From: Cyanidioschyzon merolae
Lineage: Eukaryota
DNA: 64,000 nucleotides
Assembly: GCA_000091205.1 (NCBI GenBank)
Contig: AP006502.2
Direction: 5' to 3' (one strand)
Below, one piece after another: positions 1 to 11,771 of the stretch. Position numbers and translations under genes: made by a program. Numbering within the stretch: the first letter of the stretch is position 1; the number at the start of each line of letters is the position of its first letter. The notes under the pieces were generated by a model. That model ran no database searches. It was not told the origin of the DNA and worked only from the letters and a program-made list of their open reading frames with translations.

Positions 1-3000
1 CATCGTACTCCGTGGGTGCTGGCCCACTACTGTCAACAGTCGCTTCAACATCATAAGCGTGGCTGCCGTTTCCCTGGAACAGATCTCGAACCGAGGCCCA
101 ACTGAAGTTTGGAACCGTGAGCGAGCTTTGAAGAGCGTACCACGGCGGCTCGCTAATTTCTGAGCTCGGCTCGCTGAAGGAGATAGAGCCCATCATACCC
201 CGGGTGCACTGCCCCTGCTGGAGCAAGTGTCGGAAGAGGTCGCGCTTCGAAAAAAGAACGGCTGTTCTGGTGCGAATCGCTGGCAGCATGTCCAACATGT
301 ACCAAAATGGACCGCTTCCATTCTAGTTGTAGCGCTGGTGCACCCTTGTTGCACCACAGATACTGTTTGTGAAGCATTGAGAAATATTCCAGTGGAAATA
401 TTTGACGCATTTGCGTAACTTGGCACTAGAATCACTTTGTAAATGTTTGTATTTTGGCAAACTGTCTTTCGGAGTATTGCGATTGATCACCTGATGTCGC
501 TGCCGCCAGCATATCGGAAGCGCTCGGCCCGGGCTGGTAAAGCGCTGTCTTGAGCCGTCCATTGCTTCCAGGCGGTACTAGGAAGTGCTCTGTCTTGATG
601 AACGGTCATCGAGCAGACGTCTACTTAGAGAGCCTGGTCGGTTTACCCCGCAGGCTCTGCTCATGGAATCGAGTTAAAGGTCTCTTCGACGCCTGATGCC
701 GTCTCGCTCTTTGGAGGGCAAAGAGCGACAACGCAGTGGACGCGGTGTACGTTGTTTTTCCCTAGCCGAGACCCCCACTCGCTATCTCCAGGCTTGTAGC
801 AGTGGCTTGAATCCACCGGGTCTACCACAGTTTTCACATACACGGCGCCCCGCGGTACGACATTACTGCCGCATACCCTCCTGAGTGAGGCGTGTGTAGA
901 AGTATAGCGCGAGTGGATCCAGAGATCGCTGTTTCCACATATCTGGACCCCGGGAATCACGATAAAACGCTTTCGCACCGGAGTAGTGGTGCGCTTGCGT
1001 CCGTGAAGAGACGCACCAGGGTGCCGAACCCACACCACATGCCGCGGGATAGACGATTCTCACTAATCTTTACAAATGGAACACTCAGGATTTCTCATAA
1101 CTTGAAAACGGATGAGCGTGCACCAAGCATCTTCACTAATCCGAATCAAGGACTGCAGGCCTGCATTGCTGCACTCAGTCACGTGTTAAAGGGATTCCTT
1201 CTGGACGGCTTCCTGGGCACTGGGCACGCGACATTCTTCGGAAATACGCTTTTGAATCTCTACATCGTTGGAAATGTCTTGGACGAGAAGCATATCGTGC
1301 GTATCATCGGGGGCAAGGCGAGGCAAGAGACGCTCCTGCAAAAGAGGCGCGTTCGAGGCGAATTCACCAGCGGACACATAGCTGTGGTGCCGGCTGCTTG
1401 CCCATAGAAATCCCTCGGGCTGATCAGATGGCGGACGATGCCAGCATGCGCTGCCGCTGAGCGCCCGCCCCCCGCTACATACGATGGATCTGTAACGCTA
1501 CGCGTCGTCATGCTGCATGACATGTTTATCCTGCTGTTGCGAACCTAAATTCCGTGAATGCTACTCGTGCAGTAGTACTTTTCAAAACCATTGGCTGTTT
1601 CAGGCTATCTAACCACCACCTTGTGACCAGGATATTCGTGTCACGCTCTTTTCACAACCAGATTCAATCCAATTTTGCTGTGGTGCGCTATGGGCATGTG
1701 TCCGGTTCCTTTCACCAGCGATCCATATCGTGGCACAGTGTCCCAGATGTTGTGCTGCTCGCTTGGATTGCACTGTGTTGAACCTTACACCGAAGCTCAC
1801 CAGTGTGCAATACCGAGCGAGCAGCTCGTTCGGCAATATGCGCGCAGCGCACACTGTTCCTTTCCGTTCTTTCCGAACCCTGACTCCGTTGTGCATACTT
1901 CTTCTTCATTCAGTGCCAGGAATACTGAACTCCTCCAGAGCGCCTTATTCCAGCGTGTTTCGTAGACACGTACTTGCTGCCGACAACTCCGAGCTACACA
2001 CTGAGCTGTAATCCAGAAGATTGTCGATCACGCACTTGGCGGCGCTTACCACTTCGCCTCCACACCGCTTGACTGCGTCAACAACACTCAAAGTAACGTT
2101 CACAGGTATTCCGGCGGCAAGCTCTAGACAGTCAGGCAACACAGTCGTCAGATCTGTGTTGCACTGCGATAGGGTTGGCATGGCAGCCTCAGTGTGCCAC
2201 GCCAGGAGACTCAAACCGAGTATCGTTAAAAAAAGCAGAACATACGGATGAGCGGAACGCATGAGTTTCGTATGGCGGTACCAAGTGACTGCTACCTTAA
2301 AAGCAAAATATAGTTGTCTCGGAGATATAGACGTGTCTCGATCCCGAGCACAGAGCACAGCGGCTCCATCACGATCGCGTTTTGTGGACCTCGTTGATGC
2401 AAAATCGACACAACGAGCTGCACAGCGTATCGAGTGCTGGCTGAAACACGTCCGTGTCGCGACGGTCTTGGCGGCCGCGATGTACTGTCCGTCAAGGGCA
2501 GACAGGTCGCAAATTGTTCGACGCTACGTGATTGATGTACGGAATCGGGTGCTGCGGCGTTCGTGATATCCATCGATACGCAGGTATGTGACGACCGCTA
2601 TCCCTTAAATCTGGAAATAACCCATAAACCCAAAACCATTATTTTCGTCGGGAATAAGTGTGCGATCCATGCGATAAGTGTTGCTCTCCGGTGGTGTCTC
2701 TTTGTCAGGTGATGCGCACGGAAGCGAGGCCCTTGCACCGCGAAGTCGTCGTACGTTTGGCGAGAAGTCGAAGGTAAGCACCAAGGTTTCGGTGGTAATG
2801 TTTCGAGGATATTCGATGTTCTCGAAGATTTTTTTCGAAGTTTGCGTATGTGCCGTCTACGCTCCGGGATGCGTGCTTCATTCTGTAGGAGAAATCATGT
2901 TTGCACGTGAAGGCTGGGCTGCTCCAGATCACCTCGTATTTCCATGGACCGCTCGAGGCTACAGATGCAGTTGCGAGCGATACGTTCTTTTCCCTAGTCC

Positions 3001-4951
3001 TAGTGGGGTAAAATCAATCGCGGTACCGACGCAGAAAAGAGTCGGTCTCTCATGCACGCGCGACGTGTGATGGATAACTGCGACAGAGCGCTGCATATGC
3101 TGAGCTGCTCGTTAACTGACGCTTGCTGTTGGGAACAGTTTCATGGTGGCATGAGTTCCGTTCCTCAAGGAAGAGTTTGATGTGCTGTATCATGGTCAAG
3201 ACCCGAGAAATTCGTACGTGTTGATCCAGAGCTTTATGCCAGCTCCATGGAATTCACGTCTCCGAGTATGCGATGATTGAGCTCCCGAGCCGATGGGAAA
3301 CGAGGCTGAACGACTCGAGCATGCGGGTTGATCCGGCTTAAAAGCGCACACTTAAAATTGGGCGCACGGCAAAGGACAATACCATACACGCCGTCAGCAG
3401 CGCTATTCAAGCAAGAGAAATCCAACTGCTCTGTGACACAGCCGTCTGGCCCCGGAGCTATTTACGCCGGCAAGCGGATACCACACAGATGCGCTGGCGG
3501 CACTGTCCGATGCATCCATGAGGATATGAGTACTCCAAACGAAAGCATGGACGTTGGAACGGGAGCCTTGCAACCAGAACAAGAAACGAGAGCCCGGTTT
3601 GGTCGCTGCAGTTGTTTGCAGTTGAAGAAAGGTCTGCAGTGAGGCGGCGGACTTTAGAAGCACAGGGATCTGTAAAATACTTGACCAGTCAATGTACGTT
3701 GTAGCGTCCGGCAAACGCGATACGCGAAGCCCGCCAGGAAAAAGGATAACACTGCAGATACACCGTACTGCGATATCGTATCCATCACAGCGAATCCGAG
3801 AGTCCAATCAGGCAGGGTCCCGTTTCCGCGGGAAACGCCGCGCAAGATATCAAGAACGCCGTGCAGACGACGTGATCAGGGCAGATACGTACACCGAAGC
3901 GTGGCTGCCAGCCATGCGCTCTTGGAGGCATCAGCAGTGTGCTCAAGTAGTCGTGACGCATGTCTTGGCTTCGAAATAAGTTCTGGGATTATCAAGTTGC
4001 GTGGATATGTATCCATTGAAATCTTGAAGTGAAATGCGGCATTCCGTTAGGGTACACAACGCCAAAATAAGCGTTCAAAGCGCACGCGGGTGTCCTGAGA
4101 GGCACGGTAGATGGCCCCGCCGTCGTGTCCTCGCACCACTGCAGCAGACGAGGCCGCTTTATTGGGAACACGGTGCCTAGCGTGATCCAGGCTGTTTTAT
4201 GCAAGAGAACATACCTGGTCAACCTGCCTCTGATTCGCTTCAGGAAACCGTCAGACTTGGCAGCATCAGGCTAGTGCGCGCGCCACGTGACTGCTGGTGT
4301 GGTAACCAGCAGCGCTAGTCTCTGCTCCGTTTCCAATTTTATACAGTGCGAACTTCTGCCTTCCTGGATGCGGATCAGCAGCTGTTTCCTTCCACATGAA
4401 ACTTAAGCGGCCAGATCAGAAAAGCATTTCATCGGTTATCAGCACCTTTATACGGAGTTTAGGGGTTCCCGTCTATGCTACCGTCGAAAAAATCATCATT
4501 TGCTGCACCGCCACGTTTTTTCAAAGTGCCCCCAAAACAAAGCTCCGACTAGCGCAGCTCCGTTTCACTCGCGTGCATCGCTGGACACGTCCGCTACGTG
4601 AGGCACCACGCAAACCTTGCTGCACCTCAGCATAGCGGAACAAAAGCTTTGACTTCAAACTCGACTGGTGCGCGCAGAAACAGTACGGACATTATGCCTT
4701 CGTCGACGATGTGCGCAGGCCAGCAACTAGACCAATACGCGTGCGCCCCAAACGGATCCAGCTGCGAAATGTATAATACTATATATTCACGAATATAAAT
4801 GTACTTTTCTTGACACATCCGCGGCGAGCACGGCGCGTGGCGTCGCGCACCGACTCCTCATCGTTTGTCCTAACGCTGGTAGACGAGTCTACAGTTCCGG
4901 GTATACGCGCTTTGCGAGCGTATTCCACGAGTGAGTCGCGTAGCGCCAAAG

Positions 4952-5353
4952 ATGGGTCGCGTTCGTACCAAGACGGTTAAAAAGTCAGCGCGCGTTATCA
5001 TCGAGAAGTATTACTCGAGGCTATCCGCGAATGATTTTCACACAAACAAGCGCGTGTGCGACGAGGTCGCCATCCTGCCCTCGAAAAGGATGCGGAACAA
5101 GGTAGCTGGCTTCATCACCCATTTGATGAAAAGAATCCAACGGGGTCCAGTGCGAGGAATCTCACTCAAGCTTCAAGAAGAGGAGCGAGAGCGGCGCATG
5201 GACTTTGTGCCCGACGTGAGCGCCGTGAACACGGAAACCATTGAGGTCGACCCGGACACGAAAGCAATGCTTCGGTCCATTGGGCTTGGCTCTATGTCTG
5301 GTGTTGTCGTGATCCAGCCAGGCGAGCGGCGCCCGTACCATACTAGGAAGTGA
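4952..5353 (+). CDS. RPS17: 40S ribosomal protein eS17 (RPS17), intronless. The true start is the internal ATG ([11 protein letters not shown]...); the 4931 GTG extension in the ORF track is spurious.
   Basis: Near-universal eS17 N-terminus [11 protein letters not shown], and HTNKR and [26 protein letters not shown] blocks; length ~133 aa typical. Confidence 0.9.
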   Translation: MGRVRTKTVKKSARVIIEKYYSRLSANDFHTNKRVCDEVAILPSKRMRNKVAGFITHLMKRIQRGPVRGISLKLQEEERERRMDFVPDVSAVNTETIEVDPDTKAMLRSIGLGSMSGVVVIQPGERRPYHTRK

Positions 5354-6060
5354 TGTGCCCATAGATAGTACTGGCGCGCCAACCAAACCAACCAGCACTT
5401 CATCGGGACAGCGAGCGGTACCAGGCGAGTGCGTCAGTATGTGACGCACCAGGCACTAGATGCACCCCGCTTGGTTGCACGCGGACGTTATTCGCCACGG
5501 TAAGTAGAGTTTGGGTTGGTATGCGTGCATGGCACAGTGTTTTGCATATTTGGTCCAGCGTGCACTTTCGTTGTGTGCCCATGGCGATCTCTCAGCTAGC
5601 GACCGAGTTCGTCATAAATACTCTTGATGCGCATCAACCGCTTTCCATTCCCCTGCACCAATCATCCGAACTCGCCTTGCAGTCAGCGATCAACACCAAG
5701 CTCTTCAGGATTGGTGCGCGCTGCTCCAGAAACATTCGCGTACAGGCATGCTGAAATATTATGAGTCCGTCGTTTCACCCCAATTTCTCATGCATGACTT
5801 TATCAGAATTTGATGCTCATTATAAACGAGGCCGGGAATATCGTAACTTTTTGTCTCTCCTCGAGACTTTTGATATGTGAGGCTGGAGAGCCTTTTTCGC
5901 TCTGGGACATGTTTTTCATTTTCTGTCACGCGACGAAAAAGTGTAGGTCGTTGACTCCTCTCATTCTGGCCTACAGCAGCGCCAGAATAACGCAGCACCC
6001 GTCTTCGTTGTCGTCACAATTCTATGTGGTGCCTCGACATGGCCAGCCTGCCCTGCCCCC

Positions 6061-6224
6061 GCATCTGACACGCTTGCAGTGCAGCACTTTGTGGACCCGA
6101 GCAAGATACGACCTCCGTTCTTTTACTTTCGTGGCTTCCCCTGCATCTGACACACTTGCAGTGCAGCACTTTGTGGACCCGAGCAAGATACGACCTCCTT
6201 TCTTTTACTTTCGTCGCTTCATTG
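6061..6224. repeat. Tandem duplication, 82-bp unit x2, ~96% identical.
   Basis: gcatctgacac(g/a)cttgcagtgcagcactttgtggacccgagcaagatacgacctcc... begins at 6061 and again at 6143; read through by ORF 5810..6412 as a repeated peptide. Confidence 0.8.
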
Positions 6225-9159
6225 GCGATGACCCCGTCGTCATTCCATTCAAGTTCTTGAGGCGAATTCCGCAACACGAGCACGTCCACGACATCCGGGA
6301 TTCAGTGATGCCCACCACATCCACATCTAGAATTTCCCTCAACTTCTGTTTGATCGCTCTCCATGCACCGAGCGTACGACGGGATATCGGACGCTTAACT
6401 CCCTCACCCTAGTTTCCGAACTCACTCCATGACCGTCTTTTTGCCACTTGGCACAAGAAGGAGGTGCAGACCCCCTGGATTGCTTTCGGTTCGAAGAAAA
6501 CGTAAATAAAGGTCCTATCCAGGAACGGAAGCGCGTTTGTGGCCTCGTCTGACGTCCAATCTTTGAAAATCTCGTACATACGTGCTCTCAGTGTCTATAA
6601 AAACGGAAAGAAACAAGCATGTGAACTGGGTCAATATTCGCAAGATAGAATCTTAAGCATGTGGAAGTTCGCAAGCGCGTTCGCTACGCCTTGCAGCAAG
6701 TTGGCCTGGAAGACTCAACAAGCGAGACGACGGATTGCATTCTTTCTCGATTACGATCTCGTATGAAGGAGTTCTGCTACAATTTGAGAATGTGAACTTT
6801 TCCTTGGGTTACTTGTGCCCGTTTGTCGTCGTTTGTCTCCCCGGTGGAGTCGGGCGGCACATTTCTTCTGTATACCAGAGGATGTGTTGCACGTGTCCCG
6901 ACGGAATCGTTTTTTCCAGATGAAACGCACCTCCAAACGCTAATCTGGTCGAGAGACCCCAAGATTCCAGATAAGTTTTTCGTTGTTGTAGAGGACGTTT
7001 TCCAGTTTTCAATGCGTGGTATTTGATGCGTCTTGCGTCGACGCGTTTGCGTACATCACGCCGATGGAGTGCATGTCTATAGACCGACGTGCAGACGTCT
7101 CCCCGTCTTTTTGGACCAGCCACCTACTACTGGTTTCAACTCCTTCCCGTACAGTTCGACCCTGAGGGGTTGCCCCATAAAGCTGGATCGCGTCAGTCCC
7201 AGGGGTCTTCTTTGCAGCACCGCATATCAACTGACATTGATGGCGGCTTTGAAGTCTCGGTTCACAAATTCCATGCGTTTCTTGCTGGCGCCGCTGCTTG
7301 TACTCACCAGTGTAAATCATCCTCGAAGTCGTGGCGTCAGTGCTACACCAGTATCGTCGTCGCCGTCCCGTCGGGCAAACACCATTACTGGACTATCCCC
7401 CTACTTCGTCTTCGCCACTTGCTCTTTTCCGCTCGATGGTCGGCGAAAAGGGGAATTTTTCGTTTCCTTTCCGGGAGCCGGCGATGATGGCCCTTCAGGA
7501 TCCCCGACTTTCATATCCATACCTTTTCCTTGGGGTTTATCTCTTCAAATGAACGCACTTCGAACGCGTCTGCTATAAACCGCGAATAAGCATTTGGTGA
7601 CGCACATCTGGATGTGAATCACAATCGAGATGAAATCCATAGCATTGAACTCCTGTGCCATCGGAGCACCGCGAATGTCTGGCACGCGAGGCGCCCAGGG
7701 GACTGAGGTCCGTCCGCCCTACACCAGGGTTGCTGACCCGAACGCTGCGTACCGGAACCGCGAAGGAGCTTGCCAACTCCTTAGTCAATAGTTTGGTTGG
7801 GTTGTATTGGCGTACGCCATATTCGCCTGACTGCGTTGCAAGGTAGCGTAACTGCTTTTGAAACGGAGCTAGCCCTGGTCCATGGTTCGAACGTTGCGGG
7901 CGTGATGCGCGGCCCCATGCCCCGGAGGTTTGCCATTGAGGGCTTCAAGTTCTCGCTCAATTTGATCGTACCGTTTTGCGCTGTTGTGTTCTTTGGTTCC
8001 AGCGATCACTCCTGGCTCGAGCAAGCTGTCGAGCGGTGGCGCTACGTCCAGTATCCCGTCAACGAAGAGTCAACGCTGACCTCCGCTGAAATCACAAGAA
8101 GGGTGTTTAAACAGCCGAAAACCGGGGCAGCTGAGGACCATCGAAAGTGAGCGAGTCTCGCGAAAGGGCGCCGCCCTTGCGCCTTCCGGAAGACACCCGT
8201 CTGGTCACTCCCGATGAGGTTCTGCAATGTTGCTGACGATCTCAACAGCAGGATGCGTGGATGGAAGCGTGGGCTTGCATGCTCGTCGATACCTGAAATC
8301 GAAGAATACCCAGGCCTGCGCAGATAACAGCATCGGTTCAGAAGCCAAAGTCGCAGTCTCCAAAAGCAGATAAGAAATGACCTCGGAACGGCCGGCTGTC
8401 AGACACAGGCACCAGCCACCGCATATCGAAGAAGCTCGCTGGCCTCTATTAGACATCGTCATCTTACCCGAACGCTCACATCATTCCTTGTGAAAAAGCC
8501 ATGGACAACGTAACGCCGAGATCGAGGCCTCTGTGCTGCATAATGCTTGCAACGAGCACGTTGGTAATGTCTGGTGTCAGCGATTTCTCCCAAGCGCCAC
8601 AAGAGATAAACGATTGTATCTCAAGAGCTCACATATAGGGAACGGCTTGCCTCGTTCAGCGCTCGCTTCGAAATATTTTTAGCCCTGTCTGCGAGGCGAC
8701 AACGCGTATCGTAATGCAGATTTTTCTCTTCGACAGAACCTTGGCACAACCTAGCTATCCCCGATCGCAGCGCCTGTTCGCAGCGCACAGGGAAGCATCA
8801 ATCGTTCCACCTGCTTCCAAATTCCACAAGCCGTGCTTTCCCCCGAAGGAACCAGTAATTTTTACGCCATATCGTGCGCCGAGTGCATGCTGTGAACACC
8901 AGCCGTAGCGCCTAAACCGCTGGAGCAGGTGCATCACGGAGACGGAACTGCTCAGGCGCACCACTGAATGCGGTGCAACCAGGGCCACCAGCAGACGCTG
9001 CCTAAGCATCATTAGTCCCGGAATAAACCGCTTTGAAGACGAGTAGAGCAGGTCTCGCAACAGCACCTGCCACTGGGGGGATGGGTATGAAGCACGAGCC
9101 TGGGAGACTCGTCCGGCTCGCTGGACATTCCCTCGAGAATGTAAAGTTTCAGCAATACG

Positions 9160-11770
9160 GAAACCTTTCCCCTTTTTGACGTTTATCGTAAATGGGGAAC
9201 GAAATTGTTATATCGTTGCAATTAAGTCGTGAGTCTCTGTTCTTTTTCCTATAGTGCGATCGATAGGCGCACCTGGGATATCTGGCAGTCTCGAGACACG
9301 ACGCTCACGTCACCGTTGAAGGGGAACGCGATCCTGATCGTTATTATGTTGCTCTAATGTACGAGTAGTAGTTACTTTATAATCGTACCAAATTATAGTT
9401 TTTCAGGTCTATTGTGTTTCAGCCCTCAGGTTAGTATACTCAAGTGTTTTTTCGCGGTTTATGACAGAAGCGTTCAAAAAGCGTTCTTGTTCAAGAAACT
9501 AGAAAAGCAAAGTTATGGAAGAGGAAATGGAGGAGCATGAGGGCACAGCGTCGCCGGCTGCCAGAAAAAAACGGAAAGCATGGCGGAGCAAAGAGGAACA
9601 GGAAAAGACGAAGACGCGGAGGCCGGAGGCCCTACGTCGAAGGCAGCGATAAAGACGACAGTACGACGAGACGGCGGTAAAAGCCTGTCTTCTTACGCAT
9701 ATCAAGGATCCGTACAGGAGAAACCTGCGAGATGCCATCAGAAACCGAGTCGATTCGTACTCCAGGAGTGTTCGTAACGCCTCTTCAGGACTAATGCATT
9801 TGGTGAAGGAGATGTATCGCGACGTGGTGGATTCGAAACCTTCGAGATTACGGAGGAATTTTTCAACATGACCTTTATTCGCCACCTGATGGTTGGCAGA
9901 GGGGAAGCGTCGAAGAAAATGAGCGAGTGGAAGCCCTCCACAAAAAATTACGCCAAATGCCGCGTCGACGCTACTCTATACAAGGTTGATGCGGATATTT
10001 ACACCTACGGTGCGATGAAGAACCATTTGACCATGAACCTCAAACGCTTCATGATACGCGCCGTGTTTGCGCTCTACCCGGGCCTGTCTCGTAGAGGAAT
10101 ATGGACCATCGCCAATTGCATCACAAACGATAGTAAGAATGAACGGGGATCGAATTCGTCGACAAGATGACATCACACGGGAGAAAGAATAAAGATTCCT
10201 TCATCCGCGCGGCTATTCAAGAGCACCGTTCGGTCTTGGGGCTTGTCAACCCAGCAGAAAAGGTATCAGATATGAAAAAAAGATGGAGAAAGATGTTATC
10301 TCCTCATGCTGCGCTATTTCGTGTTTTTGACCGACGCCTCGAACGCAAAACAGAGATGGAGGTAGGTGCGGGACACAAAAGCAGAGTTGGAGCAACGGAA
10401 GGCTACCCTTCAGGCGAAGCGCTTCAACGTCTTTCGGTTATGCAACATCAAGTCGCACTTTGTGAATATCGACTGCAGAGTCGTTCATGGCATCATGAAG
10501 GATATCTGAACGGTGCTCGGTGTAAGCAGGGAGGAGTTCACCGGGGAAAACCGGGAGACGTACTGGAAGCATATCTTCGGCTTCAAACGTGTCAAAACGA
10601 GCAAGCAAAAGTATGCATAGGCATCAGCGAAAGCGATGGAGTAGCCACATGTGTACACTATCAGCGCCTTAGGGTGAATCGTCCTGTTCCGTCTTCAGTA
10701 TCGCCAGTGGCGAAGCATGAGGGAAACAAGAAGGCGGGTCCTACGACGCAGGAGGTGCGGGAGCATGACTTTGTGGTAGGCGCGAACCCCGGAAACACGA
10801 ATATCATGACCATCACAGTACCCAAGCTTGCGGAAGATGGTATTGAAGGCAACCTATGTCAAAAAGACACGCGTTTGTAAGGTTCTAAAGATAGAGACAT
10901 TACTGAGAATCGGGAATAATGAATGCAAGAAAGAAAATTGAGACATGGAATGCACGAGTGAGAGAGCACCTGGAAGCTATGAGCGAGGTGACGAGCCGAG
11001 GAACGGACTTTGGAGCTTTTCGGGAGTTTATGGATGTTCGTGTTGCCCATTGGGATGCACTGTGGGAGGAGTATACCAAGCCCCGGTGGGCTCGTCTGCG
11101 AAAGAATTTCTATTGTGGGAAGCAGCGGGCGTTCGCGAATTTTTTCAATCAGTTGAGTGCCCCGAAGGGGGACGAGAGTCAGAGGCTCGTAGTAGCGTAC
11201 AGAGCAGGGCGCTGGAAGATTCAAAAAGGGTGTACGCCAGCTCCAACGACGAGGGTGTACAAGGAGTGCGCACGTCGTTTCGTTACAATACCGATAGATG
11301 AGTTTCGAACATCGTATACACACCATGAGCTGGGTTGTACACTTCAGAGAGTGGAGATGCAAAAGTGCCAGAGGAGCCCTGAGGATATAGCAAAGTACGG
11401 AGCGCTGACGGAAGAGCAAATGGAAAGGAAGGCGAAAGTTCGAGGGCTACTCGCATCAGTGAATACAACGAACGGGAAGAAACGGATGGAATTCGTGAAC
11501 CGAGACTTTCATACCCCTATCAATATCAGGAGATGTGCAGTGCTGGAGAAAAGACCTCCAGAGTTGACGAGAGCCAACTTTGTTCGACAACCTCTCGAAG
11601 TCGATTTATATGAGAAGAAGTTGGAAGCAGTAGTAGGTGGCCGGTCGAGAAAAACGGGGAGGCGTCTGCACGTCAATTGGCGACTTTTTGTCTAGGGCGG
11701 GTTTCTCGCCACTACTGTACACCGCGGGTATCAACGTTTTTCTTCTGAAAGGCGTTTGTTTTCAGGAGTG
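9160..11770 (+). mobile_element. Compositionally distinct island carrying a Fanzor/TnpB-like gene relic; putative eukaryotic IS605/IS607-type element remnant. Boundaries are approximate.
   Basis: GC drops to ~40% in 9160-9520 and ~48% across the ORFs, against ~57-60% in flanking host genes; contains a RuvC-like TnpB/Fanzor homolog; no clear terminal repeats found. Confidence 0.4.
9515..11695 (+). pseudogene. Fanzor/TnpB-like (OrfB_IS605 superfamily, RuvC-like) gene, disrupted. N-terminal K/R-rich NLS-like region at 9515-9649 ends at an in-frame TAA, then the reading frame changes near ~9860, ~10150 and ~10900.
   Basis: ORFs 9868..10170, 10167..10880 and 10919..11695 are consecutive in different frames. 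The TnpB-like RuvC-I block reads VVGANPGNTNIMTI where GxDxG is expected. A YKECARRF..IDEFRTSYT..C block corresponds to the TnpB YK..G..vv.VdP.yTSq.C block. A RuvC-III-like NRDFHTPINI is at ~11498-11527. The N-terminus reads MEEEMEEHEGTASPAARKKRKAWRSKEEQEKTKTRRPEALRRRQR. Confidence 0.55.
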
Positions 11771-11771
11771 G

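Noticed and set aside
4931-4951. GTG-initiated N-terminal extension of eS17 (MSRVAPK...) reported by the ORF track.
   Set aside because: The track accepts alternative bacterial start codons. eS17 universally begins MGRVRTK, so the ATG at 4952 is the real start in a eukaryote.
7880-7895. GGTTCGAAC T-loop-like motif here, and a similar TTCGAATCC at 47641, checked as possible tRNA genes.
   Set aside because: Flanking sequence does not form complementary T-stems, acceptor stems or an A-box/D-arm; no convincing cloverleaf could be drawn by eye. tRNAscan-SE would be decisive.
10878-10918. Possible short spliceosomal intron beginning GTAAGG right after the 10167..10880 ORF, which could join it to the 10919 ORF.
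   Set aside because: There is no convincing 3' AG or branch site in frame, every other recognised gene in the window is intronless, and the additional in-frame stop and other frame breaks upstream favour decay. Kept only as a caveat inside the Fanzor finding.
10861-10921. Apparent one-nucleotide disagreement between my reading of the printed sequence and the ORF-track coordinates at the 10880/10919 ORF junction.
   Set aside because: Probably my own counting error in a run of A residues. It does not change the conclusion that the Fanzor-like coding pieces are in different frames, but the exact junctions should be recomputed.
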